Positions 27,453 to 37,149 of a stretch of DNA of 64,000 bases are shown here, piece by piece. The position numbers were made by a program, and so were the translations under genes. Within the stretch, counting starts at the first letter, position 1. Every line of letters starts with the position of its first letter. The DNA is taken from assembly GCA_013044165.1 (NCBI GenBank), contig JABEVB010000225.1:11854-75853 (forward strand), given 5' to 3'. This DNA is from Phycisphaerales bacterium (lineage in GTDB: Bacteria; Planctomycetota; Phycisphaerae; WQYP01). The notes beneath the pieces are model-generated. The model worked only from the letters and a program-made list of their open reading frames with translations. It ran no database searches and was not told the origin of the DNA.

Positions 27453-28733
27453 ATGACAACATCCAAAAGTGATCAGTGCGCAAACACACCTCGCAGCCGA
27501 GGCTTTGCGCCCGGCGGCAGCAAACTGCCAGCAGCCGCAACCTCCTCAACCGGGTTGGTTCCGCGCGGCAGCTTAGAATGGTGGCTGCTCCTGCTTGTGC
27601 TCTTACTTATCGCCACCACTTACCTGCTCGGCACCGCCGCCGCAATGTACGCCTTCAGTTCGCTCAAAGCCCAAGATCGTATCAATCAATACTATGGCGT
27701 TGTAACCGGCCTCGATAGCCTGCGCACCAATCTTGAAGCGGCCGAGGCCCATCATCGCGGCTATCTGCTCACCGGCAGCAGTTTGCAGCAACGGTTGTTC
27801 CTTCACGACCTTACACGCGCTCAAATTACGCTTAAAAGCATGCAACTCATGATGGCCGGCATGCCTCCACCGGCCGGCACCTTTGTCGCAGTAGACCAGC
27901 AGGCACGCCTTAAAATCGTAAGCCTCCTGGCCGATCGCCCCACCTCCCATCCCAATGTAAATCGCAACTTCCAACTCGCCACGCACAAGGCCACTGCATC
28001 CAGCGTTTCTGGCGAAGACTGGCGCAACGCGATTGACCGCCTCCGCGGCGTCTACATCAGCAAGACCGATCATGAACGCGCCCGCGCCCGCGGACGCTTT
28101 ATTTACACCGCCATCTTTGTCATGGCTTTTGCCGCATTTTTAACCGTGCTGGTAGGCCATGGCTACATCCGCATGATTCGCAGCGTGCGCCAAACCCGCA
28201 GGCTTACAATCCGGCTTGAGCACGAAGCAACCCATGATGCCCTCACCGGACTGCCCAACCGCGCCTTTTTCCTCGAATGGGTTGAGCGACATTTAGCCCA
28301 GGTCCGACGCGAAGGTTCGCGCGCCGCCGTGCTCTTTCTCGACCTCGACGGCTTCAAACAGGTAAACGATCAATTAGGCCATCGCGCCGGCGATGACCTG
28401 CTCATTGCCGCCGCAGCTCGCCTGCAACTCATTGTGCGCGATGGCGACTTTGTAGCGCGCCTCGGCGGCGATGAGTTTGCCGTCCTCCTGCCCAGCATAG
28501 ATGACCCCGACGCGCTCGCCACGCTCGTTGCTCGAATCATCGAAGAATTCAAACAGCCGCTGCTCCCAAAAATCCGTGAAGCCCCCAGCGTCTCCGTCAG
28601 CGTAGGCTACAGCGTCTACCCCGATGACGGCCGCACACCCACGGAACTCCTCGCCACCGCCGACGCCGCCATGTATCAGGACAAACAATCGCGCCGCAGC
28701 GCCGCCACCGTGGCTCGCCACACACCACACTAA
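27453..28733 (+). CDS. CHASE3-sensor diguanylate cyclase (GGDEF)
   Basis: Two TM segments flank a CHASE3-like region (EAAEAHHRGYLLTGS). HDALTGLPNR, LDLDGFKQVND, active-site GGDEF, and I-site RDGD five residues upstream. Start uncertain (27408, 27426 or 27453). Confidence 0.85.
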   Translation: MTTSKSDQCANTPRSRGFAPGGSKLPAAATSSTGLVPRGSLEWWLLLLVLLLIATTYLLGTAAAMYAFSSLKAQDRINQYYGVVTGLDSLRTNLEAAEAHHRGYLLTGSSLQQRLFLHDLTRAQITLKSMQLMMAGMPPPAGTFVAVDQQARLKIVSLLADRPTSHPNVNRNFQLATHKATASSVSGEDWRNAIDRLRGVYISKTDHERARARGRFIYTAIFVMAFAAFLTVLVGHGYIRMIRSVRQTRRLTIRLEHEATHDALTGLPNRAFFLEWVERHLAQVRREGSRAAVLFLDLDGFKQVNDQLGHRAGDDLLIAAAARLQLIVRDGDFVARLGGDEFAVLLPSIDDPDALATLVARIIEEFKQPLLPKIREAPSVSVSVGYSVYPDDGRTPTELLATADAAMYQDKQSRRSAATVARHTPH

Positions 28734-28785
28734 TTCTCAGCTATAACCTGAATTGCCCTGACCACCCCGCCAATCGCCCGGCCCC

Positions 28786-29766
28786 TCACTGCGTAGCCTG
28801 CTCCGCAGCTCCCACCGGCTGATTGCGATCGCGCCGCGGCACCAACACCTGATCCCCCCGAACGTCCACATAAGCCTGGCCTGCATCTATCGAACCATAC
28901 AACCGATTAACCTCACTGAGCATCATCAGCTTGCGCGCTGCCGGCACTTCATAAAACCCTTCCTGCCCCGGTGGCATGCCCCACAAAACCTCGTGGCCAT
29001 CACGGGTGGTCAAAACAATTTCCGGATCCGTTTTGCTCACAACACCGCCAATGTTGGAAAGGTCAATCTCGCGTACCTGCGCGTGCCAAGGCTCGGGCCT
29101 CAGCAGTTTCACCAGCGAAAGCCCCGCCTCTACCGCCGGCGAAGAAATTCTCTCCCCACGACCCACCGCAGAAACATGCGTATGAACAAGCCACGGCAGC
29201 CACTCCAGCCGCTCAAAATCAACCGGCAAATACGTCCCCGGCAAACGCACGCCCGATGCGCTTAACAGGTACCCTTTGCCCTGCGTTATCAAAAGCGCCG
29301 CGGGCCTGCGATACTCGGCGTCTATTTCTATGATCTGCTGGCGTGGCAGCCACGCCCGCCGCACATAGACAATGCTCTTGATCCAGGCATTTTCACCACT
29401 GCTCTGATGATCCATGTAGTGCTGAGCGATAATTTTAAGAATACCGCCGTCCAGCGGATCGCGCAAACGCGCCCCATACTCCGGGTGCTTTGAATTAAAC
29501 ACCGTAAAGTTAACCGCCTCCTGCGCCAGCTTATCGAGAATCGCCGCCGAGAGCCATCCCGGTGCATGCGTTAACACGATACGCTTAAGCGGCTCATGCA
29601 GCGCCCGGCTTAAGCGGTGCCGCGTATACCTCAATGCGGCATAACCACCCCAAGCCAACCCCACCAATATTGCCCCCGCAAGCATGCCGCCAATAAGACC
29701 GCGAACAATGCTCTTCATTTTCGGCTCGCCAGCCGACGGATGCTCCTGCTGTTCTGCTGTCATCAA
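28786..29766 (-). CDS. ftsQ: FtsQ/DivIB-like cell division protein (POTRA)
   Basis: Bitopic, with TM GLIGGMLAGAILVGLAWGGYAAL. FtsQ-like core WIKSIVYVRRAWLPRQQIIEIDAEYRRPAALL. Canonical position after ddl in the dcw cluster. Confidence 0.55.
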   Translation of the reverse strand: MMTAEQQEHPSAGEPKMKSIVRGLIGGMLAGAILVGLAWGGYAALRYTRHRLSRALHEPLKRIVLTHAPGWLSAAILDKLAQEAVNFTVFNSKHPEYGARLRDPLDGGILKIIAQHYMDHQSSGENAWIKSIVYVRRAWLPRQQIIEIDAEYRRPAALLITQGKGYLLSASGVRLPGTYLPVDFERLEWLPWLVHTHVSAVGRGERISSPAVEAGLSLVKLLRPEPWHAQVREIDLSNIGGVVSKTDPEIVLTTRDGHEVLWGMPPGQEGFYEVPAARKLMMLSEVNRLYGSIDAGQAYVDVRGDQVLVPRRDRNQPVGAAEQATQ

Positions 29767-29778
29767 TGTCTACCGTCG

Positions 29779-30774
29779 TTAGGCCAAGGGGGTCTCTGGC
29801 CGACGCTCCGCTGCCGCGCGATCTCTGATGGCCATATTCACCAGCCGCCCGCAAAGCTCATCAAAGCCGATGCCGGCGCGAGCTGCCGCCTTCGGAACCA
29901 GCGAATGTGTCGTAAACCCGGGCATGGTGTTTACTTCCAGCACAAATGGCTCACCCAAATGTCCGTCCACCATAATATCCACGCGCGCCAAATGCCGCAC
30001 GCCCATCGCCAGGCATGCTTCCAGCGCCATTCGCGTCACCGCCTCCAGTGTCTTTGCAGGCAACGCTATGTCAAACAGGTATTCAGTATCATCCCGAACG
30101 TACTTGGCCTGATAGTCGTAAAATTCGCTGCGCGGCCGAATTTGCAGCGTCGGCAGCGCCTGGCCATCAATAACGCCCACCGTCAATTCAGGGCCAACAA
30201 TGCACTTTTCCACCAGCATCGCCCCATGGCGTGCCAGGCTTTGCGCCAGATGTTCGCGGGCCGACGCGGCGCTGGCGCAAATTGCGCAGTCCACGCTGCT
30301 GCCTTCGCTCACCGGCTTAATCACGCACGGATACCCAATGCCGCTGATGGGCGTCCAGCTATCCTTAAACTTATGGGCATACACCACCTGCCACGGTGGC
30401 GTTGCGATGTTCTGCTCCAGCAGACAGCTTTTGGCCGCAGCTTTATCCATCGCCAGTTTCGACGCCTGCGAGCCTGACCCCACAAACGTCAGCCCGCGGT
30501 CTTCCAGTATTTTTTGCAGTTGCCCATCTTCACCAAACGTGCCATGCAGCGCCGGAAATACCACATCGCACGGCCGATGATCAAGCGCTGAAAGATCGTC
30601 TGGTGAAATATCCGATTTAAACACCCGATAGCCGCAGCGTTCCAGCGCCGCCGCTATCTGATCTCCCGTCTGCAGCGATACATCCCGTTCCGCCGAAATG
30701 CCGCCGGCCAGCAAAGTTACATGCACCGACTGCGGATTTCGCCCGCCTTTTAACGCGCTGCTTGAGTCATCCAT
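29779..30774 (-). CDS. ddl: D-alanine--D-alanine ligase
   Basis: LLAGGISAERDVSL, FPALHGTFGEDG, ATP-grasp EVNTMPGFT. Start moved to the ATG at 30774, 8 nt after GAAGGAGG. Confidence 0.92.
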   Translation of the reverse strand: MDDSSSALKGGRNPQSVHVTLLAGGISAERDVSLQTGDQIAAALERCGYRVFKSDISPDDLSALDHRPCDVVFPALHGTFGEDGQLQKILEDRGLTFVGSGSQASKLAMDKAAAKSCLLEQNIATPPWQVVYAHKFKDSWTPISGIGYPCVIKPVSEGSSVDCAICASAASAREHLAQSLARHGAMLVEKCIVGPELTVGVIDGQALPTLQIRPRSEFYDYQAKYVRDDTEYLFDIALPAKTLEAVTRMALEACLAMGVRHLARVDIMVDGHLGEPFVLEVNTMPGFTTHSLVPKAAARAGIGFDELCGRLVNMAIRDRAAAERRPETPLA

Positions 30775-30851
30775 GACTAAGCCTCCTTCAGTGGTTCGGC
30801 CCACCCGTCATACCGGCGGCCTGTCCGCCCGGGCCTTCAAGCCAAACATAA

Positions 30852-31733
30852 CTACCAGATTACCACTTCCGGTTCGAGAATAATATCGAACTTGTCGCGC
30901 ACCCGGTCGCGCACCTGTGTAATCAGCGAAAGCACATCAGCCGAAGTTGTCCCGGCCGCCGCGGTTATAAAATTGGCGTGCCGCTCCGACACTTCCGCCC
31001 CACCTTCACGCAGCCCCTTCAGGCCCGCCTGATCTATCAGCTTGCCCGCCGAAACGCCATTGCTGTTGCGAAATATGCAGCCCGCGCTGTGTGGAGCCAG
31101 CGGCTGCGTGTTCTTTTTATACATCCATATTTCACGCAACCGCTCGTTAAGGCGTTCAGGCGCCTCGGGCGTCAACTCAAAAACAGCACCCAAAATAAAT
31201 CGCGCGTTAATGTTGCTGCGCCGGTATTCAAATACCAGGTCCTCGCGCTTCCGCAAATAAATCTGTCCGTTCTGATCCATCACCTCCACCTCCAGCACGC
31301 GCGAGCCAATATCGCCAAAGGCTCCGCCCGCGTTCATCTTCACTTCCCCCCCAACCGTCCCCGGAATGCCCGCCAGACATTCCAACCCGCCCAACCCGAC
31401 GCGAATCACATCTTTAACCAGCCGCTGCATGTCATAGCCCGCACCCGCACAAACCTGCGTTTCACCGCGCACCTGCATCTTCTTAAATTCCGGCTGATCA
31501 AGACACACCACCGCCCCATCCACGCCGGAATCTTTTACCAGCAGGTTCGCTCCGCCTCCCAGCACATACATCGGAATGTTATTTTCGCGCAGGCGCGCCA
31601 CCACCTGCTGCAACTCCAAAACACTCCGGGGTTGCACAAAATAGCGCGCCGGCCCGCCAAGCTTAAACCACGTCCGCGGAGCCAGCGGCTCATTCTCTTT
31701 TTCAATCTCAGCGAAGTCGCCGAACCAACTCAT
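30852..31733 (-). CDS. murB: UDP-N-acetylenolpyruvoylglucosamine reductase
   Basis: WFKLGGPARYF, LGGGANLLV, AGCIFRN, HANFI. Overlaps the murC 3' end by 26 nt. Confidence 0.9.
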   Translation of the reverse strand: MSWFGDFAEIEKENEPLAPRTWFKLGGPARYFVQPRSVLELQQVVARLRENNIPMYVLGGGANLLVKDSGVDGAVVCLDQPEFKKMQVRGETQVCAGAGYDMQRLVKDVIRVGLGGLECLAGIPGTVGGEVKMNAGGAFGDIGSRVLEVEVMDQNGQIYLRKREDLVFEYRRSNINARFILGAVFELTPEAPERLNERLREIWMYKKNTQPLAPHSAGCIFRNSNGVSAGKLIDQAGLKGLREGGAEVSERHANFITAAAGTTSADVLSLITQVRDRVRDKFDIILEPEVVIW

Positions 31734-33159
31734 GCGTTACTTCCCACACCGGGCCGGCACCCATGGATACCACAAGGTCCCCATGAACAAGCTCCTGCCC
31801 CAGATACGTCACAATTTCTTTAAACGTCGGAATGTACACCGCCGTTCTTCCATTACTCTTTATCAGCTCCACCAACTGATCCGCCCGTATCTCACGCCGA
31901 TCTTTTTCGCTGTCACGAACAAAAAAGATGTCCGGCACAACGGTAATATCGGCACTTGAGAAGCTCCGGGCAAAATCATTGAGCAAAAATCGCGTCCGAC
32001 TGTGCTGATGCGGCTGAAACACGCATATCAACCGCCGCGGATTGTAATGCTCACGCAGCGCCATCAACGTCGCGCGTATTTCTGTCGGGTGGTGGCCGTA
32101 ATCATCTATGACGGTTATCCCCCCAAACTTCCCTAAATGTTCACTTCGCCGGTGTGCCCCTGTAAACATTTCCACCGCAGCGGCAATGTCCGACCACGCA
32201 ACCCCCGAATGGTGCGAAATGGCTGCCGCTACCAGCGCATTAAGTACGTTATGCCGCCCCGCAATGCGCAGCGACAACGCGCCCATCACTTCGCCTTTGT
32301 ACCGAACGCCAAAATCAATCCGCTGATCGTGCTGACTGATGTCCACCACCTGCCACGTTGCTCCCGCACCAATGCCAAATGTCTCCACCGGCGCTTTTGC
32401 CGATGCCGCCGCCCGCGCGCAGGCGCTGTCCTGATGATGCACCAGCACCCGCCCCTGATCGGGCACGTTACCCACAAACTCCCCAAATGCCTCAATAATT
32501 TCATCCAGATTGCGGTAATAGTCGAGATGATCTTCCTCAATATTAAGCACCGCAGCTATTCGTGGCCGCAGGTTCAAAAAGCTGCGGTCATACTCGCAGG
32601 CCTCCACCACAAAAAGCTCCCCCAGCCCGCCATGCGACGATCCGCCCAACTGCGGCGCCACCGCCCCAATCACATAGCTCGGGTCCAGCCCTGCCTTTGA
32701 TAGTACATAGGAAGTCAGCGCCGTCGTGGTACTTTTCCCGTGCGTACCCGCAATCGCAATGCCGCAGCGTATGTTCATCGCCTCGCCCAGCATCTGCGCA
32801 TATTTCATCACCGTAGCCCCGCGCCGCTGCGCTGCCGCCAGCTCCGGATGGTCCGCCCTTATCGCCGCGGAATACACCACAACTTCCACCTGCGGGTCCA
32901 GTTCCGCCAGCGCCCCGCCCTCCTGAATTTTGCAGCCCAGCCCCGAAAGCCTCTGCGTCGTCTCCGACCTCGCCTGATCACTGCCTGAAACAATCGCTCC
33001 GGCTTGAAGCAACATCTGCGCCAACCCGCTCATGCCGCTGCCGCCAATTCCCACAAAATGAATCCGCCGACCCGCAAACGCGGGAGACCCAGGCTCTACC
33101 GAAAAATGTTGAGGCTTAACCATCGCCGCATCCATTGCCATTTCAGTTGACATTACCAT
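31708..33159 (-). CDS. murC: UDP-N-acetylmuramate--L-alanine ligase
   Basis: IHFVGIGGSGMSGLAQML, IAGTHGKSTTTAL, DDYGHHPTEI. Confidence 0.92.
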   Translation of the reverse strand: MVMSTEMAMDAAMVKPQHFSVEPGSPAFAGRRIHFVGIGGSGMSGLAQMLLQAGAIVSGSDQARSETTQRLSGLGCKIQEGGALAELDPQVEVVVYSAAIRADHPELAAAQRRGATVMKYAQMLGEAMNIRCGIAIAGTHGKSTTTALTSYVLSKAGLDPSYVIGAVAPQLGGSSHGGLGELFVVEACEYDRSFLNLRPRIAAVLNIEEDHLDYYRNLDEIIEAFGEFVGNVPDQGRVLVHHQDSACARAAASAKAPVETFGIGAGATWQVVDISQHDQRIDFGVRYKGEVMGALSLRIAGRHNVLNALVAAAISHHSGVAWSDIAAAVEMFTGAHRRSEHLGKFGGITVIDDYGHHPTEIRATLMALREHYNPRRLICVFQPHQHSRTRFLLNDFARSFSSADITVVPDIFFVRDSEKDRREIRADQLVELIKSNGRTAVYIPTFKEIVTYLGQELVHGDLVVSMGAGPVWEVTHELVRRLR

Positions 33160-33171
33160 AAGCCTCCATGC

Positions 33172-34425
33172 TTATTTCGCGGCCGCGTCAACGCCCGCAC
33201 ACACCAGTTTAACAATTGCTTCGCTTATCTGCCCGGCCGCGCGCGGCTTGGCCATGGCCAATGCGGCCGCACGCATTCGCTGCCGCTTGGCCATACTCGA
33301 CATCAAATCCAGCAGCACCGGCACCAGCAATGCACTCGTGCGGGCCGCATCTTTCTGGTCCGGCAGCATAACCGCAGCTGCGCCATTCACCAATTCCCGC
33401 CCGTTCGCCTCCTGATGCCTGTCGCGGTGAAACGGGTACGGCAGCAAAATCGCCGGTACGCCGCACGCCGTCAACTCCGCGCAAAGCCCTGCGCCCGAGC
33501 GGGCAATCGCCAGATCGGCCGCCGCCCATACCAGTTCCATTTCATCGCAGTAATTCACCACATGCCAGTGCGCCAGCCCAAGCTCCGACACTTCCTTCCG
33601 CACCGCCGCTGCCTGGTCCAACCCCGTTAAATGCAGTATCTGCCAGTTGCCCCCGCCCCCATCATCCGAAAGCATGGCCCGCAGTCGCGGCTCGTGCCGC
33701 GCTATATGCAAAACGGCATCATTTATCGTTTTTGCGCCCAGCGAAGCGCCCGTTATAACCAGCGTCTCACGCTCGGCAGCCAAACCGAGCCGCGCCATGG
33801 CCACCGCGCGCTGCCCATTCAATATGTTCTCCCGAATCGGACAACCCGCGGCAACAATCTCGCCGCCGCACCGCTTGCGCCATTCCGGCATCGGCCATTG
33901 CGAAAACACCGTCTGCGCCCGCCCAAGCAAAAACCGATTGGCCCGCCCCGGCAACCTGTCCGGATTAATCAGCACCACCGGCACTCCCCACCGAAACGCT
34001 TCACGCGCCGCCGGCCCCGCCGCATAGCCACCCAGCGCCACCACCACCGACACCCGCTGTTCCTTCATAAACCGCCGCCACTGCTCACACGTCCGACGCC
34101 ACGCACCATAAAAGCCCGGCAGTTTGAAAATGCTGCCCGGCACCGGCTGCACCTCCTGGCCAACATAGTCGCTGCCATAGCCGCTTAGCAGCCGCCGATC
34201 TATCGCACGCGGTGTTGCCGCCCAAACCAGCCGCAACCGTCGGCCAAATCTTTCCTTTAGCTTTTCAGCAACCGCCAGCCCCGGGTACAAATGCCCACCC
34301 GTACCCCCGCCGGCCATAATCACAACCACGCTTCCGCCAATATCGTCCGCCTGCCCCACAACCGCCCCTTCACCGGCAGCCTGCGACCCTTGCAGACAAC
34401 TGTTATCCGTCAGCAGTACGCTCAT
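33172..34425 (-). CDS. murG: undecaprenyldiphospho-muramoylpentapeptide beta-N-acetylglucosaminyltransferase
   Basis: AGGGTGGHLYPGLAVAE, TGASLGA, ARSGAGLCAELTACGVPAILLPYP. Confidence 0.9.
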   Translation of the reverse strand: MSVLLTDNSCLQGSQAAGEGAVVGQADDIGGSVVVIMAGGGTGGHLYPGLAVAEKLKERFGRRLRLVWAATPRAIDRRLLSGYGSDYVGQEVQPVPGSIFKLPGFYGAWRRTCEQWRRFMKEQRVSVVVALGGYAAGPAAREAFRWGVPVVLINPDRLPGRANRFLLGRAQTVFSQWPMPEWRKRCGGEIVAAGCPIRENILNGQRAVAMARLGLAAERETLVITGASLGAKTINDAVLHIARHEPRLRAMLSDDGGGGNWQILHLTGLDQAAAVRKEVSELGLAHWHVVNYCDEMELVWAAADLAIARSGAGLCAELTACGVPAILLPYPFHRDRHQEANGRELVNGAAAVMLPDQKDAARTSALLVPVLLDLMSSMAKRQRMRAAALAMAKPRAAGQISEAIVKLVCAGVDAAAK

Positions 34426-35732
34426 GCCACTCCCTTTGCCACCGTGGGCGAGTGCGTACCCACCGGCCGCAGCGGCAGGCTGCTCCGCGACTGCGAACCC
34501 GACCAGTCCGCCACAGCCCCAGACATACCCGCCCCCTCCAGCCGCGACACGCGCTCAACGCTCATCATCACCCCCACAGCCGCACATGTTAATATCCAGC
34601 CCGTCCCACCCGATGAAATCAGCGGCAGTGCAATACCTTTGGTTGGCACCGTCACCGTTACAACCGCTATGTTCATCGCCGCCTGCAGGCTTACCATCGC
34701 CGTTACTCCAAAAGCTATCATCTTGCCGAACAAGTCTTCTGCCCTTGTGGCAATGCGCCAGCCTGCCACCGTCAGCGCCACATACAACAGCACCACCACC
34801 ATGCAGCCAAAAAAGCCCAGTTCCTCGGCAATAAGGCTGAAAATAAAGTCAGTGCTGTCTTCGGGCAGATATCCCATTTTTTGTATACCATTGCCCAACC
34901 CGCGCCCGCCGACGCCGCCGCTCGCAAATGACAGCAACGATTGAATCGGGTTATAGCCCGCCCCCTTCGGGTCCGCATGCGGGTGCATAAACACCATCAG
35001 CCGTTCCAGCCGGTACGGGTTGCTTAAAATCGCAAAATACCCCACCACCCCCAGCACCGGCACCAGGAGCGCCACATGCCACCACCGGCAGCCTGCCATC
35101 ACCAGCATCACCATGCATACGCCGCCAATCAGCACTGTCGTGCCAAAGTCTTCCTTCAATATCAGCAGACATAAAAAACCCATCACCGCCACCAGCGGCA
35201 AAAAGCCTTTGAAAAAATCTGTAATCACACCCGCCTTGTGCACCGCATACGCCGCCATAAACATTACCAGCGACCATTTCGCCAGCTCCGACGGCTGAAA
35301 ACTTATCCGGTGCCCCCCTAGCCGCACCACCAGCCAGCGCCGCGCGCCGTTAATATCCGCCCCCAAATGCGTCAGCACCAATGCCAGCAGCACAACCGCC
35401 GCCACCACCAGATAGCTCGTCACCGACGACACCATCCCCCGGCCAAGCAACCGACGATAGTCCAGTCGCCAAAATACATACATCGCTAAAATCGCAATCG
35501 CCGCGTGCACCCCTTCCGGGTTTAAAAAAAACGCCTTAATCCAGTCATGCGCATGCATACCAACACGGGCATTGGCACTCTGCGTCATCAATACGCCGAT
35601 GCCCAACAGCGCCATGCACACAAGCAGCAGCACCTGATCCAGCGATAGCGCAATCGGCCGGATTGCCAAACGCCAGCGGCGCCCCAAACGGTAAGATGTC
35701 TCGCCATCGCTCACAGCAGTCGTCAACTCCAT
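34422..35732 (-). CDS. ftsW: SEDS-family peptidoglycan glycosyltransferase FtsW
   Basis: About 10 TM segments. FQPSELAKW, PEDSTDFIFSLIAEELG, PTKGIALPLISSGGT. 4-nt ATGA overlap with murG. Confidence 0.88.
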   Translation of the reverse strand: MELTTAVSDGETSYRLGRRWRLAIRPIALSLDQVLLLVCMALLGIGVLMTQSANARVGMHAHDWIKAFFLNPEGVHAAIAILAMYVFWRLDYRRLLGRGMVSSVTSYLVVAAVVLLALVLTHLGADINGARRWLVVRLGGHRISFQPSELAKWSLVMFMAAYAVHKAGVITDFFKGFLPLVAVMGFLCLLILKEDFGTTVLIGGVCMVMLVMAGCRWWHVALLVPVLGVVGYFAILSNPYRLERLMVFMHPHADPKGAGYNPIQSLLSFASGGVGGRGLGNGIQKMGYLPEDSTDFIFSLIAEELGFFGCMVVVLLYVALTVAGWRIATRAEDLFGKMIAFGVTAMVSLQAAMNIAVVTVTVPTKGIALPLISSGGTGWILTCAAVGVMMSVERVSRLEGAGMSGAVADWSGSQSRSSLPLRPVGTHSPTVAKGVA

Positions 35733-35995
35733 TTACAAAACGCGGCTTTGTTTACCTTACATTCATCATTCTTAAGCCGGCCGCAGCACTTAACATATCT
35801 TCACGGCCGATAACGCCTGTTCTTATTGTCGTAAAACCGGCGCTCCTGCAAACACTTTTTATAGCCGCTCATCCGGCCCCAAGTCGGCCAACCAACCATG
35901 CGGCATCTCCAATCTCTCGCCCTGCCTGCTCGCATACCTCGGCTCCAACTCCGCTGCGGCCTCTCAAAGCCTTAACAATCGCAGCAAAGCCACTA

Positions 35996-37132
35996 CTACC
36001 GCAATTTCACGGTGGCCAGCGCCAAGGCCGCAAACAGTGCCGAAAGCAGCCAAAACCGCACCACAATCTGCTGCTCACTCCATCCCTTTATATGAAAATG
36101 ATGATGAATCGGACTGCATAAAAAGAGTCGCCGCCCATGCGTGGCCTTAAAATACCCCACCTGCAGCATCACGCTCACCGCCTCCACCACAAAAATGCCG
36201 CCCACCAGCAGCAGCATCGGTTCCTGCCGAATCACAATCGCTACATATCCTATGGTGCCGCCCAGCGCTAAAGAACCGGTATCTCCCATAAACACCTGCG
36301 CCGGATTGCAGATGTACCACAAAAATCCAAGGCACGAGCCTGTAATCGAGCCGCACATCACCGCCAATTCGCCCGAGAGCCTTATATGATTAAAGTTAAG
36401 ATTCGCCGACCACCGCGCATCGCCCGTCACATACGCAAGAATCATAAATGCAAAGCTGACAATCGCCATGCAGCCCGAAGCCAGCCCGTCCATCCCGTCC
36501 GTAAGGTTTACCGCGTTGCTCGTGCCCGTAATCACCACCACCGCCAGCAGCGCAAATAAATACGTCGGCAACACCCAATGGCTCGGTAGAAGCGGCCAGT
36601 TTAAATAATGCGCTGCCGCATATTTGCCGTGGTAATATATGAATATCGCCAGCAGCACCCCAAGCCCCACCTGAAACAGCAGTTTCTCCCACGCAAAGAG
36701 CCCATCCCGGCTGCCGGGGTTGCGCCGCTTCTGCGTTAACTTAAGCCAGTCGTCAACCCCGCCTACCGCCCCCAGCCACAGCAGACACAGCAAACCCATA
36801 TCAATATAAAAGTTGTCCAACCGACTGAACAAAACGGTTGAAATCATAATCGTGCCCAAAATCATGATGCCGCCCATCGTCGGCGTATTCGCTTTTTCCT
36901 TCGCCTTGGCGTTGAGGCCCGCGTGATTAAACTCCGGCATATCGCCCAGCTTCTGCTTGATCAGCCAGTTAATCACACGCTTACCCGATATCAGCACCAG
37001 CAAAAAGCTGAACAGAATGGACAATGCCGCTCGAAAAATAACCAGCAGCAGCGGCGTTTGCTTATCAATCCAGCCATGGTGCACCATCCATTGCGCCAAC
37101 AAATACAACATACAACACACTCCTGCCCGCAA
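35996..37132 (-). CDS. mraY: phospho-N-acetylmuramoyl-pentapeptide transferase
   Basis: PTMGGIMIL, NAVNLTDGMDGLA, GDTGSLALGG, PIHHHF. Confidence 0.93.
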   Translation of the reverse strand: MRAGVCCMLYLLAQWMVHHGWIDKQTPLLLVIFRAALSILFSFLLVLISGKRVINWLIKQKLGDMPEFNHAGLNAKAKEKANTPTMGGIMILGTIMISTVLFSRLDNFYIDMGLLCLLWLGAVGGVDDWLKLTQKRRNPGSRDGLFAWEKLLFQVGLGVLLAIFIYYHGKYAAAHYLNWPLLPSHWVLPTYLFALLAVVVITGTSNAVNLTDGMDGLASGCMAIVSFAFMILAYVTGDARWSANLNFNHIRLSGELAVMCGSITGSCLGFLWYICNPAQVFMGDTGSLALGGTIGYVAIVIRQEPMLLLVGGIFVVEAVSVMLQVGYFKATHGRRLFLCSPIHHHFHIKGWSEQQIVVRFWLLSALFAALALATVKLR

Positions 37133-37149
37133 ATCGGCCTAATCGCCCG

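Noticed and set aside
35733-35995. Possible murD pseudogene remnant in the mraY-ftsW spacer.
   Set aside because: Hand translation of the three minus-strand frames gave only short peptides interrupted by stops (for example EAAAELEPRYASRQGERLEMPHGWLADLGPDERL*, KKCLQERRFYDNKNRRYRP*). None has a convincing MurD motif. I report the absence as a finding but not as a pseudogene feature.
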